Notes under the pieces: generated by a model | What the model was told of the DNA's origin: nothing | What the model saw: only the letters and a program-made list of their open reading frames with translations | The model's database searches: none | Position numbers and translations under genes: made by a program | DNA from: the human T2T-CHM13v2.0 reference genome, Homo sapiens | Length of the DNA: 64,000 nucleotides | Assembly (NCBI RefSeq): GCF_009914755.1 | Contig: NC_060927.1 | Strand: one strand, 5' to 3' | Part shown: positions 16,060-29,653 of the stretch, in pieces | How positions within the stretch are numbered: position 1 is the first letter of the stretch | Layout of the letters: the number at the start of each line of letters is the position of its first letter

Positions 16060-16637
16060 TGTAAACCAAAAATAGAATTTTAAGTACTCAACTGACTTAA
16101 TGGACTCTCCTCTCTGCCAAGAAGACCCTAAGAAGCCTGAAACACTACTTCAGGCCATGACAGGAAGGGGGGCACCAGACATGCCTCACTATTCTCTCCT
16201 TTCTTTGGAGTTCTAGAATAACTGCAGAGCATTAACACTGAAATAGAGATCATAGGACTGACAGAAGAGACGCTTTGTAGCAATAAGATACCAACTCCAA
16301 CCAGATATTGGTATAACATCACATGACAGACAACAAGCCTTAAAAGGAAATCAAAGTATTTTATCTCCAAATAGATCATTTGGTATATTTTGAAATGGCC
16401 CAGGAAAGTTGTTTCTTATGGGGAAAATTTGCATTCTGTAGACAATATCTTTTCCTTACTAGGTCTTTGTCATAACTTCTGTCTCCCTAAAATGTGTACA
16501 ATCAAACTGTAACTTAACCACCTTGGGTACATATTTTCAGCACCTCCCGAGGCTGTGTCAAAGGTCATGATCCTTCACCTTGGTAACATAAACTTCTTAA
16601 TTTATTGGGACCCGTCTTAGAAACTTTTTGGTTTATA
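16060..16637 (+). mobile_element. MER4-family (ERV1) solo LTR
   Basis: tgtaaaccaaaaat start, ...tttttggtttata end, internal gtagcaataagatacc; 4-bp TSD gttc/gtta. Confidence 0.85.
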
Positions 16638-18988
16638 GTTACATTTTTAATTAGGGTGAAATCTCAAATGTTATTTCCCATTGTTTTTCGGTTTCTGTTT
16701 TGTTTTGTTTTTTCCTTGTGAGTAGAATGATTGGCTCTGACTTCTTGTGCAGATACAGATGATTCTACTACCATTTGTAAGCAAGGTGAAACTATCCTTC
16801 TTTTCCTCTTACATGTCTTGTTTCACACAAGCTACTGTTCAAGCTCCCACACACTATGTCCATAAAATAAAATAAAATAGACAGCACTCACTTTCCCCTC
16901 TGTGTTTTCTTCCTTTAATGCTACTTCAACGAGGTTCTTGGAAGGTTTTCCAAACCCTTTCCTCCTCAACTTTTAAATTTTGCTCAGTTAGATGTGTGGT
17001 TTCTACTATATTTTTCTATTTTTCTATTTATACATTTCTAGTATATTTTTTACTCATCTCTATGTATAACTGTCACACAGCAGTAGAGACAGAAATATGT
17101 AGGTGCACATATATCAAGATTTATTTATCACTATTCTTTCCTCTTCATCTGTTCACTTTTGAAGCCTGTTTGCTTAAGTTGTTTTACAAATACCTGCCTC
17201 AGATCAAGTGCTGACTAACATGAGATCTAAATTATTGCATCAGTGGATGTCTTTATTTCTCTGTGAAAGGTTAAAAATATATTTTCTAGTCTTATGAGTT
17301 TCAGGGTGTTACTTTATCTCAGAATGTACAAACTTCCCTTTATTCCAGCCTTCAGTAGTGAAATGGAAGTCTCATAACCCAGATATCTTTTACTTGGTTG
17401 GTAGCCTCTACTTTCTACATAAAAGTTTATATGACTTACTCATTATACTTAGAGTTCATAAAAATTTAATATAAATGCCTACACATGTATTTTCTTATTA
17501 ATCTAGCTTGAAACTCAGTGAGCATTTTCAATAAACACTCATGTCTTTCTATGATCAATACAATTGTCTTACAATATTTGTTAATTATTTCTCTTAGAAT
17601 TTTTCTATCTATTCTGAAAAATCATTTACTTTCATCTTAGCTTTTTCTTCTTCCTTTTTATTTTCCTGCACTGAGGAAAGGCATGGCATCAGAATGAAAC
17701 TCCACAAAGAAATTCTAATTTTACAAGTGACAACAAGTACCATCTCTAAGGGCCCTCCCTGAGGGGAAAAGAGTATGACAATCTGAAAGATTTGCCAGCC
17801 GCACTGGTGAGTTCTGACATTGCTACTTTTGTTGATTCTCAGCAGTGGGTGACTGTCCCATATTGTCAGATGTTGTGCTTCAGTGAGCACTTACAGTGAG
17901 CTGAATGGCTGATGCTCTTGGGTGATCCCAAACAAATTTCACTCCACAGTATTTCTTCTTCCTTCTTGCTGATGTCCATCAACCCCACCTATTAGCATTC
18001 AAAAGATATATCAATAAAATCGAAAGCCCACAGTGTACTTTTGTAATATGGATAGATCCAGGGACTTGTTGCTGGCCAGTTAATTCATAGATCATTACAG
18101 GCTTTTGTAAATCTGCTATTTTTTAAATGCCTGTTGTATATAGAATATAAAAGTAAATCATGGCACAAATGCATGTTAAAATGTGCAAAAGAGCTATTCC
18201 TTTAAACAATTTTCAACCTAATAATATAGGAAACTTTTATGAAAATGACATATACTTACCGCTGAGAGAAGCTGTACATGGGTGTGCAATAAATCAAAGG
18301 GGCTAAGCCGTGAGGATGATATAACACCTGCCATTGGCTGGCTGTCTTCCACAATGTTTATAAATGGGTATTTCCAACTTTAGAAAACACGTAAAATCTA
18401 TGCAGCATCACATTTTTTCAAACCCTCCTCAAAGCAACAAATGAAAGTACTGCAAAATCATTAGGAGCTATCTTAAAACAATAAAGTATGAAACAAATAA
18501 CTATTAGGTAAATTTTGCTAAAAATATTCCAGCTAATTTAGTGACTTAAATATCTTTTTTTAATTTATCTTATACAATATTTAGGCAATGAATTTCAGAA
18601 GTCTTGTAACATGTGCTTTCAAAGCACAACACACTATTCATTCAAAATGTTATTGTTCCATCTCTACCCTTCATGAACAAAAACTATGAAAATATTATGC
18701 TTGCTTATTTCATTAAATATTATCAAAATAATTTTGCATAAAATGTTTTATTTACAGTGGAAAAACATATGAAATAAACTGCATAGAACAAAAAGACAAA
18801 CTGGTTTATATTCTTGAAATATTTGAATCTATGAATAAAGGTGGTTTTATAAAAATAATTTTTGTCTTTTGTTAAAATATGTTATAAGCTATTTTGTAGA
18901 AAGCTACTGTTATTAATATGTCTTACTAATTACAGGCAGGTTAATATTTTAATCAACATGGAGTTGTCAATGTCAAAACACATGTCTC

Positions 18989-19082
18989 ATCACTTGAACC
19001 CAGGAGGTGGAGGTTGCAGTGAGCCAAGATCATGTAACTGTACTCCAGCCTGGGTGACAGAGCAAGACCCTGTCCCAAAAAA
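18989..19082 (+). mobile_element. Alu right-arm 3' fragment followed by TA-rich tail
   Basis: atcacttgaacccaggaggtggaggttgcagtgagcc...gcaagaccctgtc. Confidence 0.9.
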
Positions 19083-20109
19083 TATATATAAATATATACT
19101 TATATATAATACATTTATATATATTTGAGATATTCTGAGGTATATATATATCTAAAAATATTAAATATATCTCAACCTTAACTTTTTGTAATACCTAAAC
19201 TGATGATTGGTTGAAAAGCAATCAGTTGAAAAGCCTTAGTTCTCTATTGAATTACTATCTTATTAAGTGTTATAAAAATAATAATTATTTTGACATATTC
19301 AGGTTGATAATCAATCAAATTATCTGTTCTGGTGATCTGTTCAGTTGATAATCATTCAATTTAAGCTCATATTCTTTGTATATTTATTGGAACACATCGA
19401 GTCATTGTGAACATATATTGGGGAGGGTGCTACTGTTTTAACACTGAAGAAGTGTCACTTTTCAGATTTAGGTGAGCTACAATTTTATACCAAGAATTCA
19501 TCTGATTTGATCATAACCGCATCTTATAATTTTTGAGATAATTTTTACTATTCCATATATTGGCTTCCTACATTCATATTTTAAGAAGCACACACTTTTG
19601 CCAACAACAAATATACTGAGAGTTTCCTTATAATAAAGTAACAGAGATATATTCAAACATAATGGTATTTGTCTAAGGCACACATGTGAAGGAGCATTTT
19701 TAGCTGGTATATTATATATAATTCTGTTGCCTTAATTAATTTCTAGACTTGATACCCATATCTATGTCTCTGTACTTTGTATAGTACCTGATTTTAGTTA
19801 TAGTATTCACATTTACTTATTATTCTTATAAAAGTTATGGAGTAGACTCTACTGTTCTCTGAACTCTTTTTCTTAATATGCATAGATAATTCTTAACCAT
19901 GTTCAGAGCTCCCTTTCTTCCATGAGAGACCTGACCATGGTTCAGTAGGAAACATTATTTTCCAAAGGTGATCTCTTACATCTAAGGATTCTCATCAATT
20001 TTCAGAGGATTTTTACACTCCTTACCCCCTGCCCACTTTATATACACAAGACAAAAATATTCCCTACTAAAGTGCCATGGCATTCACCTTGTGTAATGGT
20101 TATAATCAC

Positions 20110-20270
20110 AAATTCTGTGTCAGAATACTTATATTCGATCCCAGGTCTGCTATTTTTAAACTCAGTGACTTTGGACAATGGATTTTTATGACCTGTGGTT
20201 TCATTTATTCTAAAATGGGTATGAAAACAGTAGTACATACTTCATTAATAAGATGCTTAGAAGAATTCAC
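20110..20270 (+). mobile_element. MIR fragment
   Basis: ttcgatcccaggtctgc...gtgactttggacaa...taaaatgggtatgaaaacagtagtac. Confidence 0.7.
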
Positions 20271-23200
20271 AATCTATGGTGTTATATACATTTTTGCTGT
20301 CATCATTTTTAACATATTTTTCCTAACTTTGAGCATCAGAATCTTGACATAAGAGCAAGTTACAGTTTGTGTCGTCCTGGTCTTTATCCATAATTCTATT
20401 TGAAAAAATACAATTTAACTTAGGACATTATGAATTAATAAATTATTTCAATATCCTCATAACATACAACATAATAATATATAGAATATATAATATATAG
20501 ATTAAACACACTTATTAAAATTATTAAAATATAATACTTTATAATATAGCTAGTGACTTCTGATGTGAATCTCCAGTTATTTCAGCTAAGTACTTGATTT
20601 ATTGACCAGGATGACTAAGAGAATGGCTCTGGTACCTTCTAGATCCTCTCTAATGAATATTATTCTCTCACATTCACAGTCGCATGGAATACACATGATC
20701 CCCACTCTAAAAAAATGTGAATTTCACAATATGCTAAGCAGCTTTATTAATAATCCTCTCAACATTGAAAATTCATGATTTTACATTGTTTTACTTATTG
20801 ACCTACATTATATAAATTACTTTGCTATAAGACTATAATTTATTTAATAATCATCTAGAGATATAGATGTAATATACCCAAGTAACATACTTAGAGATAT
20901 TTGAAATTGGTTAACAGACTCCCATTAAATCTTACATTTGATGGATTACAGTTTTAAAAACACAAGACTTAAATAACATATAGTTGGTAGGTAACCAATA
21001 TTTCAGAGCTTCCACTTATAATAGTACAGGCTTCAGTGACAGAATCCATAAAGACTAAGCCCTTCTCTGCTGGTCAAGACCTGAGGGAGTTGTGTTTAAA
21101 ATTATCAGACTCAAGTCACTCACTGAGTAATTTTAAAGATTAATTTTGTGTTACAACAACCCCGTTTGGATGATAGGAAACACAATCTCTATTCTGCTAT
21201 CAGATAAGTAATCATGGAGAAGCAGAGAAGAGGAGATTTTAGACTTACTTCTAGGTCACAACCACCCTGTGGGAAGGAATGTTTGCCAAAGAAGTAATTG
21301 ATATGAAAGCAAGTTTAGAGAAATTTAAATGGAAATTTCAAGCAGTTCACAATCTAAGACAAAATATTATTCATTTCACTTGAGAAGTTTCATATAAAAA
21401 GCACAAATGCAGATAACACACAAATCTAGGAAGAATTCAAACGCACTGTGTGTAAATTAATCAAGCTAATTTAGAAGTCTTTCTGAAAAGCCATACTGTC
21501 CCATTGTAGTCAGACAAATTATACTAGAGTTCAGTTCCTCTGCTTTTCTTTTTAATAAAAGCAAACACATTTTTATTTGATCAATGTCCTAATGGAACAA
21601 CTTTTCCCATGTCCATTTTAAGAAAGCACAGAATCTCATGATTTGTAATCAAAAGACACTATCAATTGTCCTTTGTAACAATATTATTTATTTTTCTTTG
21701 GCTCTGTTGTCCTTTAATATCTGGTTATAATAGATATGTTAATTATAGCTTCACTTTGGTCCACATGGTAAATATTAGATGTTTTCCTGTACACAATGCC
21801 ATGGTCTACAAGGTAATTTTGTTTGTTGAGTTGATACAATCATTCTACATGCTGTTTTTCATATGCTCCAAAAGAGCATACTAATATAAATTGCAAGAAC
21901 CAAATACCTCTTCCCCAAATTTGATAAACTAATAAAACATGATAAAAATATCAAATTTTAGAGATGCACACACATTCAAAGGAAATATGGATTTTCTTTG
22001 CTGCAAAAAATGCATGTCAATGAAGTAAGATATATTTCAGTATAACAAAAATGCATGTTTGAAAAAGAATATCTCCTAAAGCACTGCTTTGTAGCCTCAG
22101 GAATTAATATTAAAGAAGTTTTCATAAAAATGTAAAATAAAAGATGAGCAAACACAGAAAATGAGATACAGATTTATAAATACAATTAAGCATTTCGTGT
22201 CATTTTGCAAAAAATAAACTGAATTCTTGAAGCTCTGATGATATACCATAATTGTCTCTGTTTCTGTGATAAAGTTGATTCACAACAATATTTTATAATG
22301 TTTCTTTCAGTTTTGGAAATGGCTGAAGAATTTTCTTTGAAACAATAAGTTACTTCTGGTTACATGTTTCAAGTTTTTGAACGTGAATTTTTATTTGTGT
22401 TAAACAGTATATAAACTTCGAGTTATAATTGTATACTTGTCATTGTCTTTAGATATTGTGGAAATCCTCATCTGCATTGTATTGTAGTAAGCACAGTTTA
22501 TCTTCGATGTAAGTTATTGAGAGAGAAAAATACAAAGTGAGGCAAAGCAAGGCAAGGATAAACAATACTCTGGTTTCCAAGTAAAAAATAGACTGCAAGC
22601 TGGCAAGGGTAGAAGCAAGGTTATGAGGGAACAACGTATAAATCTCTGGCTTCAGTGATTATAAAGGAATGGAAACAAACATTTCAAAATCAATCAATAA
22701 AGAAAAACAATCTTATAATTATCTAGACACCGTGGTAGGAAGAGATTATTGTATAAGATTTGAAACAACTAGAATAAAATTTTATTTATTTTTAAAAAAG
22801 GAAAGTTATCATTGTTAAGCACAGTAGTTTAAAATAGACTTCTAATTTTATATGAGTATTTTGTTTAAATGGTGGTTTTGGGCTGGTTGTGCAGTGGGAG
22901 AATAAAATTAATATTCAGGCTTGGAGAATTGTGTTCGATGAGACTATCATTGGTTGGCTAGTTTCAGAAGGTTGTTCGCAGGAATGGGTCTACTTTTGAT
23001 TGGCTTCCCTTAAAAAATTTGAGCCTGCCATTCACTTGATGATATTTACAGTCACAGTCATATGTGCTGAAGCAAGGTGTCAATGACCAACTAATTTAGA
23101 AAACTGTTTTTGTTTGACAGATAAAAACTGATTTTGTTGCATTTTTATTTATATTGCTATAAAACAAAACACTTAGTGTTTTCCTGGATATTTGATAATA

Positions 23201-23406
23201 TACAAAATGTGTCATAATACAAAATAACTAGGCAAATGAGAAATAGAAAAAAAGTCCTAATATGGTGGTATTTACAGACCATATGTAGTTAACATCATAT
23301 TTATCTCTGAAACGCTGATATCTTTCTCTCGGCAATAGGAATGAGACAATAATGATTGCCAAAATTGCTTCTATTCGGCATTGTTCTTAAATCCAAGCCA
23401 CCTAGA

Positions 23407-23467
23407 CAGTCAACTCAATCTCTATCAAATATACCCAGTCAACTCAATCTCTATCAAATATACCCAG
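23407..23467. repeat. Perfect 29-bp tandem duplication
   Basis: cagtcaactcaatctctatcaaatatacc x2 plus cag. Confidence 0.95.
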
Positions 23468-24809
23468 AGGATATTTTTGAAGAATCAAAAAACTTATATA
23501 CAAATATAAATGTACATAGAGTAAGGAGAATGGTCAAGATCAGCAAATATAATCTTGAATACAAATAACACAAAAGTTTGATGAGTTAGCATAGGAAATA
23601 TCAAAGTACATCTCAATTCTATGATAACTACGACAGTGTGTTTTTAGTGTAAGGGTAAAGCAAAAAATATTAGAGAGGCTAAACTGCAGGTTTGAGCTTC
23701 AGATACATGAATTTGAAGATAGGTTATCTGAGTTCGTCTGGTATGAGGAACAGAAAGAGGAAAAATATTGAAGAAAAATGTACAGATTCAGATATTATGG
23801 AACACCAGTAAGTGCCAACATACACAAAATGGAGTCCCACAAGGGGAGGAGAGCGATAGACAGAAAGAATATTTGTAGAAACAATGTCTAAAAGCATCCT
23901 AAATCTGATGAGAAAAACTGATCTCTACATTCAATAAGCTAAAAAACATCGACACCTAGACACATTATAGTCAAACTGTCCCAAGACAGAAAATGAGTAA
24001 CCCTGGATGCAGAAAGAAAAAAGTCATTTACAGGAAATAATCCATAAAATTAGTAAATTATTTACAAGAAATTATCATAGCCACAGGTAATGGAATAACC
24101 TATTCAAATATTTAGAAACATATTCAAAAATTTTAAAGACACACTGTCAGATGAGAATTCTATACTCAGGCAAACTATTCTTGAAAAGCAAATTCATAAT
24201 TCTCTTCACCTAAAATTCCCAATAAAGAGTATAATGGAGAAGATATTTGCAGCACTTTTGTCAAAAACATTATTGAAAAAAATAAGAACTCCTAGAAGTC
24301 AATAAGAAAATGTAAGCAAATAAGAAACAGACAAATATGAAAGTGGGGACAAAAGCCCCAAACAGAAGAATCACAATTCAAGGAGTCAATAAACATGAAA
24401 TAGTATTAATATTTTTAGTCAGCTTAGAAATACAAACTAGAACATAATATGACACAAGTGCGTATCCACTAACATGACTATAATACATAGATTGTTAATA
24501 CCAAGTTTAGACAAAGATATGGAGTGTTACCAGCTCTCAAAAGCAGTCACTGGATTTGTATATCACACCACTTTCAAAATCTTTTGGACAAAATGTGTTA
24601 AGTTCAACAACATAAGCATTTCTCCTGACATATTAATTCCTCTCCTACTTATATCTTCAACAAAGTACACATTTGTTACACCATAAGGTATATGGAAGAA
24701 TAGTCATAGTAGTATTATTCAAAATAGTCAAAGTTAAAACAACTCAAATTTATATAATCTATAAAATAATTACAAATATTATAGTATGCTTTGGCAACTG
24801 AAATATATA

Positions 24810-25344
24810 TAGTATTCCCCCTTTATCCATAGGAAATTACCTTCAAAACCCCAAGTGAATGCCTCAAACTGGGGATAGTGCTGAACCATATACAAACTAT
24901 GCATTTTTTCCTATACATGCATACCAATGATAAACTTAATTCATAAATTAGGTACAATGAGAGATTACCAAAAACAATAACATGTAACAATTATAACAAT
25001 TTACCAGCATCACTATGCTTGCACTTTGGGACCATTATTAAGTAAAATAAGGGCTACCTGAAGACAAGCCCAGCAATGCCACAAAAGTCCACCTGATAAC
25101 TGAGTTTATTACAAGTGAGAGACCAGCAGGTGGCTTATACATCCTGAATAATCTGGAAAAAGAAATGATTCACGTCCTGGGTGGGATGGCATAAGGTTTC
25201 ATCATGCCACTCAGAATGGTGTGCAATTTAAAACTTAAATGTTGTTTGTTTCTGGAATATTTTATTTAATATTTTTGGACTTCCACCTACACACGGGTAA
25301 CTGAAACTGTGGAAAGTGAAACCATGGATAAGCAGAGACTACTA
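24810..25344 (-). mobile_element. MER44B-like (Tigger7 family) DNA transposon
   Basis: TIRs tagtattccccctttatcc / ggataagcagagactact; cgggtaactgaaactgtggaaagtgaaacc. Confidence 0.82.
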
Positions 25345-25859
25345 AATAGAAAATAATAATGATAAAACTATACAAAATAACATGGATGATGATCATAAAT
25401 ATATTATTGAAAAAATGTTTCAGGTAGGAAAAAAGTGCATTCTGTATGATTTCATTTATATAAAGTGTATTTATAAGGAAAATTCTTCAATGGTGATACT
25501 ATGTCTTCAAGGAGTAAGGAACAGTGATTCTAAAAGGGGAAAAAGAAAACCTCCATATGTTTTTTTTTTATCCTGGTGGTAGTTATACAGATGGGTTTTC
25601 ACTGTAAAAATTGAATTGAATACAAGATTTGTGCAGTAACTGGTTCTCATTTATACTTTAATAAAATGTTTCTGCAATAAATTTTTGTAGTTTAGGCTGC
25701 AGTAATAGAGATGGTTTAAAAAAGACTCTATATATAATTTGAAATTAAGCATGACAATTTCTTGATGGATTAAAATAAGAGTGTAAGAAACAGACAGTAG
25801 TTAACACAGACTCCAATGTTTTGTAGAGAAAAATATAATTATAGATTTCTGACTTGTAG

Positions 25860-26030
25860 CAAAAATAGTGGAGTAACAGGATTGGTGGTGAGAAACCATA
25901 AATTGAATTTTGACATATTAAATGTATGATGTCTATTAAACATTCAGGTGGAAACCTGAGTAGGTAGTCAAACATGGATTTTGCTCTCCAGGGAGATTTC
26001 AGGCTACTGATATATATTGATATAGCGTAT
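25860..26030 (-). mobile_element. L2 fragment
   Basis: Degenerate match: ttttgacatatt...aaacattcaggtggaaacc...gtaggtagtc. Confidence 0.6.
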
Positions 26031-26069
26031 ACCCATATAGAATAGCTTTTCATATATTTATAATACCAC

Positions 26070-26511
26070 TATGAATATTCTTATTTACAGATTTTTATCA
26101 TTGGTGTATTATTTAATTAACTGCTTTTTTCTGATTAGGGGTTGTTTTTCTTTATTTTCACACCCTGTTTCGAATTGGATGGTGTGCTTCATATATTTTT
26201 CCTTCTTATGTTCTAGATTTGGTTTTATTCTTCTAAATAGCATTGAACTTTTTTCTGGAATGAAGGTACAGAATTGCTATAATCCTTCCCGAGGTTTTGA
26301 CGCAGTGGGTTCAGAACAGCCTTGATTCAAAAGCATCTTATTCCCAATAATGAGGCAATATCCATCCACATCAGACTGATCATCCTATGTCACAAGGGGT
26401 CTTGCTGTTTGGGACATCATTTCCAACCATGTTTTAAATGTGGTGATTGATTGTTCTACCCATAACTTATAGGTGGTCCTTTTCTGGTATTGGGTAGCTT
26501 ATTCTTTCCCT

Positions 26512-26554
<43 letters not shown>

Positions 26555-26940
26555 ACATGCACACGCACACACACTCACACACAGCAGTTCTCGGCCAAAC
26601 ACTTCAGTGGCTGTGTCTGCAGTTTCTTTAAGCTTCATCATTATGCAGCTTCTTCATTTCTGATATTTGTCCCACAAATACTGTTTTGGATTCACCAATA
26701 TATGGACTCTGTCTCCTTGTCTGGGTTCTCTTTCCTATTCTTCAGCCTGGAATCTTACTCGAGGCAATGAACTGGGACACTTATAAGAGTCATCCGTTGT
26801 TTTATTTTACTCAGAATCACTGTCTTGAGCTATCTGCTCTCTAGATTGAAAATTATTCTGTCATATATACCGTTCATGTTTCTATTTGCTTAATAAAAGG
26901 AGGGTAAGTTTGTCTCCTGTTATTTTATCATGGAAGAAAA
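26070..26940 (-). mobile_element. Ancient L1ME-type 5' end
   Basis: ggagggtaagtttgtctcctgttattttatcatgg resembles the reverse complement of old L1 5' termini. Confidence 0.55.
26512..26583. repeat. (CT)n(CA)n compound microsatellite
   Basis: Seen directly. Confidence 0.95.
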
Positions 26941-29284
26941 TTTATATTTAAAGAGTTGCTAAAATGGTGTCTAAGATGTGACTTCTGCCTTCAGGTAGCA
27001 TAAGGTTTGATAAAAACCTAGAGATATACATATAAATAAGGCAAACCATGGCAAGATTTGGTTATTAGCACATTTACAAAGTTAAATACATATCAAGTAA
27101 AACATGTTCATTTTTAAAAAGGATTAACCACAAAAATAATATGAATAAAGATGAAAAACAGATCTAAGGAAAGCCCATCAAAAGCAGTTTTTGTTTTTTT
27201 TTTTTTTTGGTAGCCCTAGCCAAAGGACTTACATTTCATCCTAGTGGAAATGTATTATCTTTACCCAAGGTCATTAAATGTATACATCTTATATATAACA
27301 GCTCTTATGCTTATTCTAGGAGCAGCAAGAATTCATCTAAGTATGATTTATCTCGCATGAAGATTCCTTATAGCAGATTTAAGCCTCCAAATAAATGAAC
27401 TATTATTTCCCTTAGTAAACTACACCTTTAATAGTGACTATATTTCTTTTCTATAACAATGAATAATTATAGTGAGTTGATTCCTGATAAAAGGATTCAC
27501 TTTTTTACCTATTACAATAAAAATAAATTAAGTCTCCAAAAAGTAGGGGAAGAAGAAAAGTCACATTTAAAATACGTAGTTTTGAATGCAGTGGTTGCTA
27601 TACACTTTTAAAAGCATGAACATATTGAACAGGTAAGTATGTTAACTTTACACATTTAAATACTTTTAACACAATAAACAGATCTCACAGTATACTTGTA
27701 CCTGCGTTCCTTACACTGATTGGGAGTTGTCATGGCATAAAAATGAATACAGCAGCAAAAAGGGGCATTGATAATAGTCTCATCCTTAATAAATTATACT
27801 ATGTTTCAAGGAATAATAACAAGAAGACTCAAACCTCCAAAGGGCCACAATTATTATGACAATAATTTTATATATTTTGATTAGCATACTATTTGTAACA
27901 TAATGCATTCAATAAATGTTTATTGAACTTAAATGATGTGTAATGAACTAAACTCCAGTGGCAGTCTGACTTCGGTTAAAACAGCCAGACAGCATGCCTT
28001 GAACATTTAACATTTACAGATTATAAACTCAACAGGAGTCTACACCAATCTTTCAGAACCCTGCTGTACTCCTGGATGAGCCTCTATATACATTGAGCTA
28101 AAACTGATTCCCATTCTATATGTGATATTAATCAAACAGCAGGGTTCTGTAGCCCCTTCACCCTGTTTCTGTTTATCATTTCTGATTTTCTCTCTGACCC
28201 AATTTCTAGTACAGAAGAGGTCAATGCTTTGCCAAAATGTATTATGAAAATAACTTTTGAATCTTCAATATTATATAGTTTTATTATGATGCAAAATTTA
28301 TTACAAGGCTTTTGAAAATTTTACAGGATGATTTCTGTTCTATAGCTACGACAACATTATTAGTGCATTATTCTTTATAGGGCTCTCCAAGTAATCTATT
28401 TTTAGAAAACTTCAATGTAACATCAGCATACTATTTTGTTCCCATTGAATTATTATTGGTCATTGTTATGTTGATTTTAAATAATACCCAATAAGTTTCT
28501 TTAGATTGAAAAGTCTATTTTTAGATTAAAAATAGGTTTATGATAGTTCCCTAAATCTCCTAGAGATATGTAGCAAAACAAATTCATAATCATATGTGTA
28601 TGTGTGTACTTACTTTCAACCCCCCAAAGCTTCCATTTATTTACAATTTTTTGAAGATTTTATTCATGCTCTTTGGTCATAATGATTAGAAAATAATGAA
28701 GAAAGATTTTATACAGTATTTGAATACAACTTGAGTATGTTCATTTGTATCAAAGATAATATTTCATATATTCCTTAAATAAAAGTCAAATTTAACAAAA
28801 AATTATATTTTAAGTATCAATATCTGTGATAGAATTATATTTTTCAAGGCACTTTAATAAGGACAATGCAAATAGGGAATAACACATCTAGACCTGAATA
28901 AATTTTACAGATTATTATTAATATTCAGGAAAATAGAAAAAGTATTCCCATGAATTTCTGAAATGTAAAGAAATTCTTATGACAGTAAAGTTTAAAGAAA
29001 TATATTTAATAAAGCAAAAATAACTATATGCTGCAAATGACTTTGAAAATCTACAATCATTCAATTCTGTAAGAGAGAAAATATGTGAAATATATCATGT
29101 TGGATAACTAAAATCGTATGAATTAGACTAATACTTGTAATAATCTTAACTATACACGTGATATAAAGTGTCTACCTGCCCACCATTTTAGGTTGAGTCT
29201 AAATTAGTAAGGGGAATTTCAGTAAACTGATTAATATTTACTAGCCAATTAAATAATAAACACACTAGAGTTATAAGGTTATAA

Positions 29285-29550
29285 TAAATATATATAACAA
29301 CATATATAATAACACATATAGTATCAGATATATAATAACATATATAATAACACATATAGTATCAGATAAATACAAATAGTTTAAATTAACAAAGAAATAA
29401 ATTCACAAAGATATAACAAATAATATAATAAAGATATAACAAATAATATATAATAAAAATATAACAAATATATGTAACATAAATAATACATATAGTATCA
29501 GATAAATACAAATAGTTTAAATTAATAAAGAAATAAATTAATAAAGAAAG
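29285..29550. repeat. AT-rich nested direct-repeat block
   Basis: acatatagtatcagata x3; 52-bp unit at 29352 and 29488. Confidence 0.85.
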
Positions 29551-29609
29551 AGTTGTGCAATAAGTTATTCTAGACCATTTGAAATAAAGGAAAAAATATA
29601 AATATATAC

Positions 29610-29611
<2 letters not shown>

Positions 29612-29649
<38 letters not shown>
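29612..29649. repeat. (TA)n microsatellite
   Basis: Seen directly. Confidence 0.95.

Positions 29650-29653
<4 letters not shown>

Larger units (their letters stand above)
23300..25670 (+). mobile_element. Cluster of ancient L1M (L1MC/L1ME-like) ORF2, ORF1 and 3'-end fragments, interrupted by MER44
   Basis: ORF1-like aatggagtccc...gaaagaatatttg (about 23690-24200); 3'-end motifs tgtatgatttcatttatata and terminal aataaa. Confidence 0.65.

Noticed and set aside
29285-29550. Repeat-spacer appearance resembling a CRISPR array
   Set aside because: Irregular spacing, self-similar spacers, eukaryotic context, no cas genes
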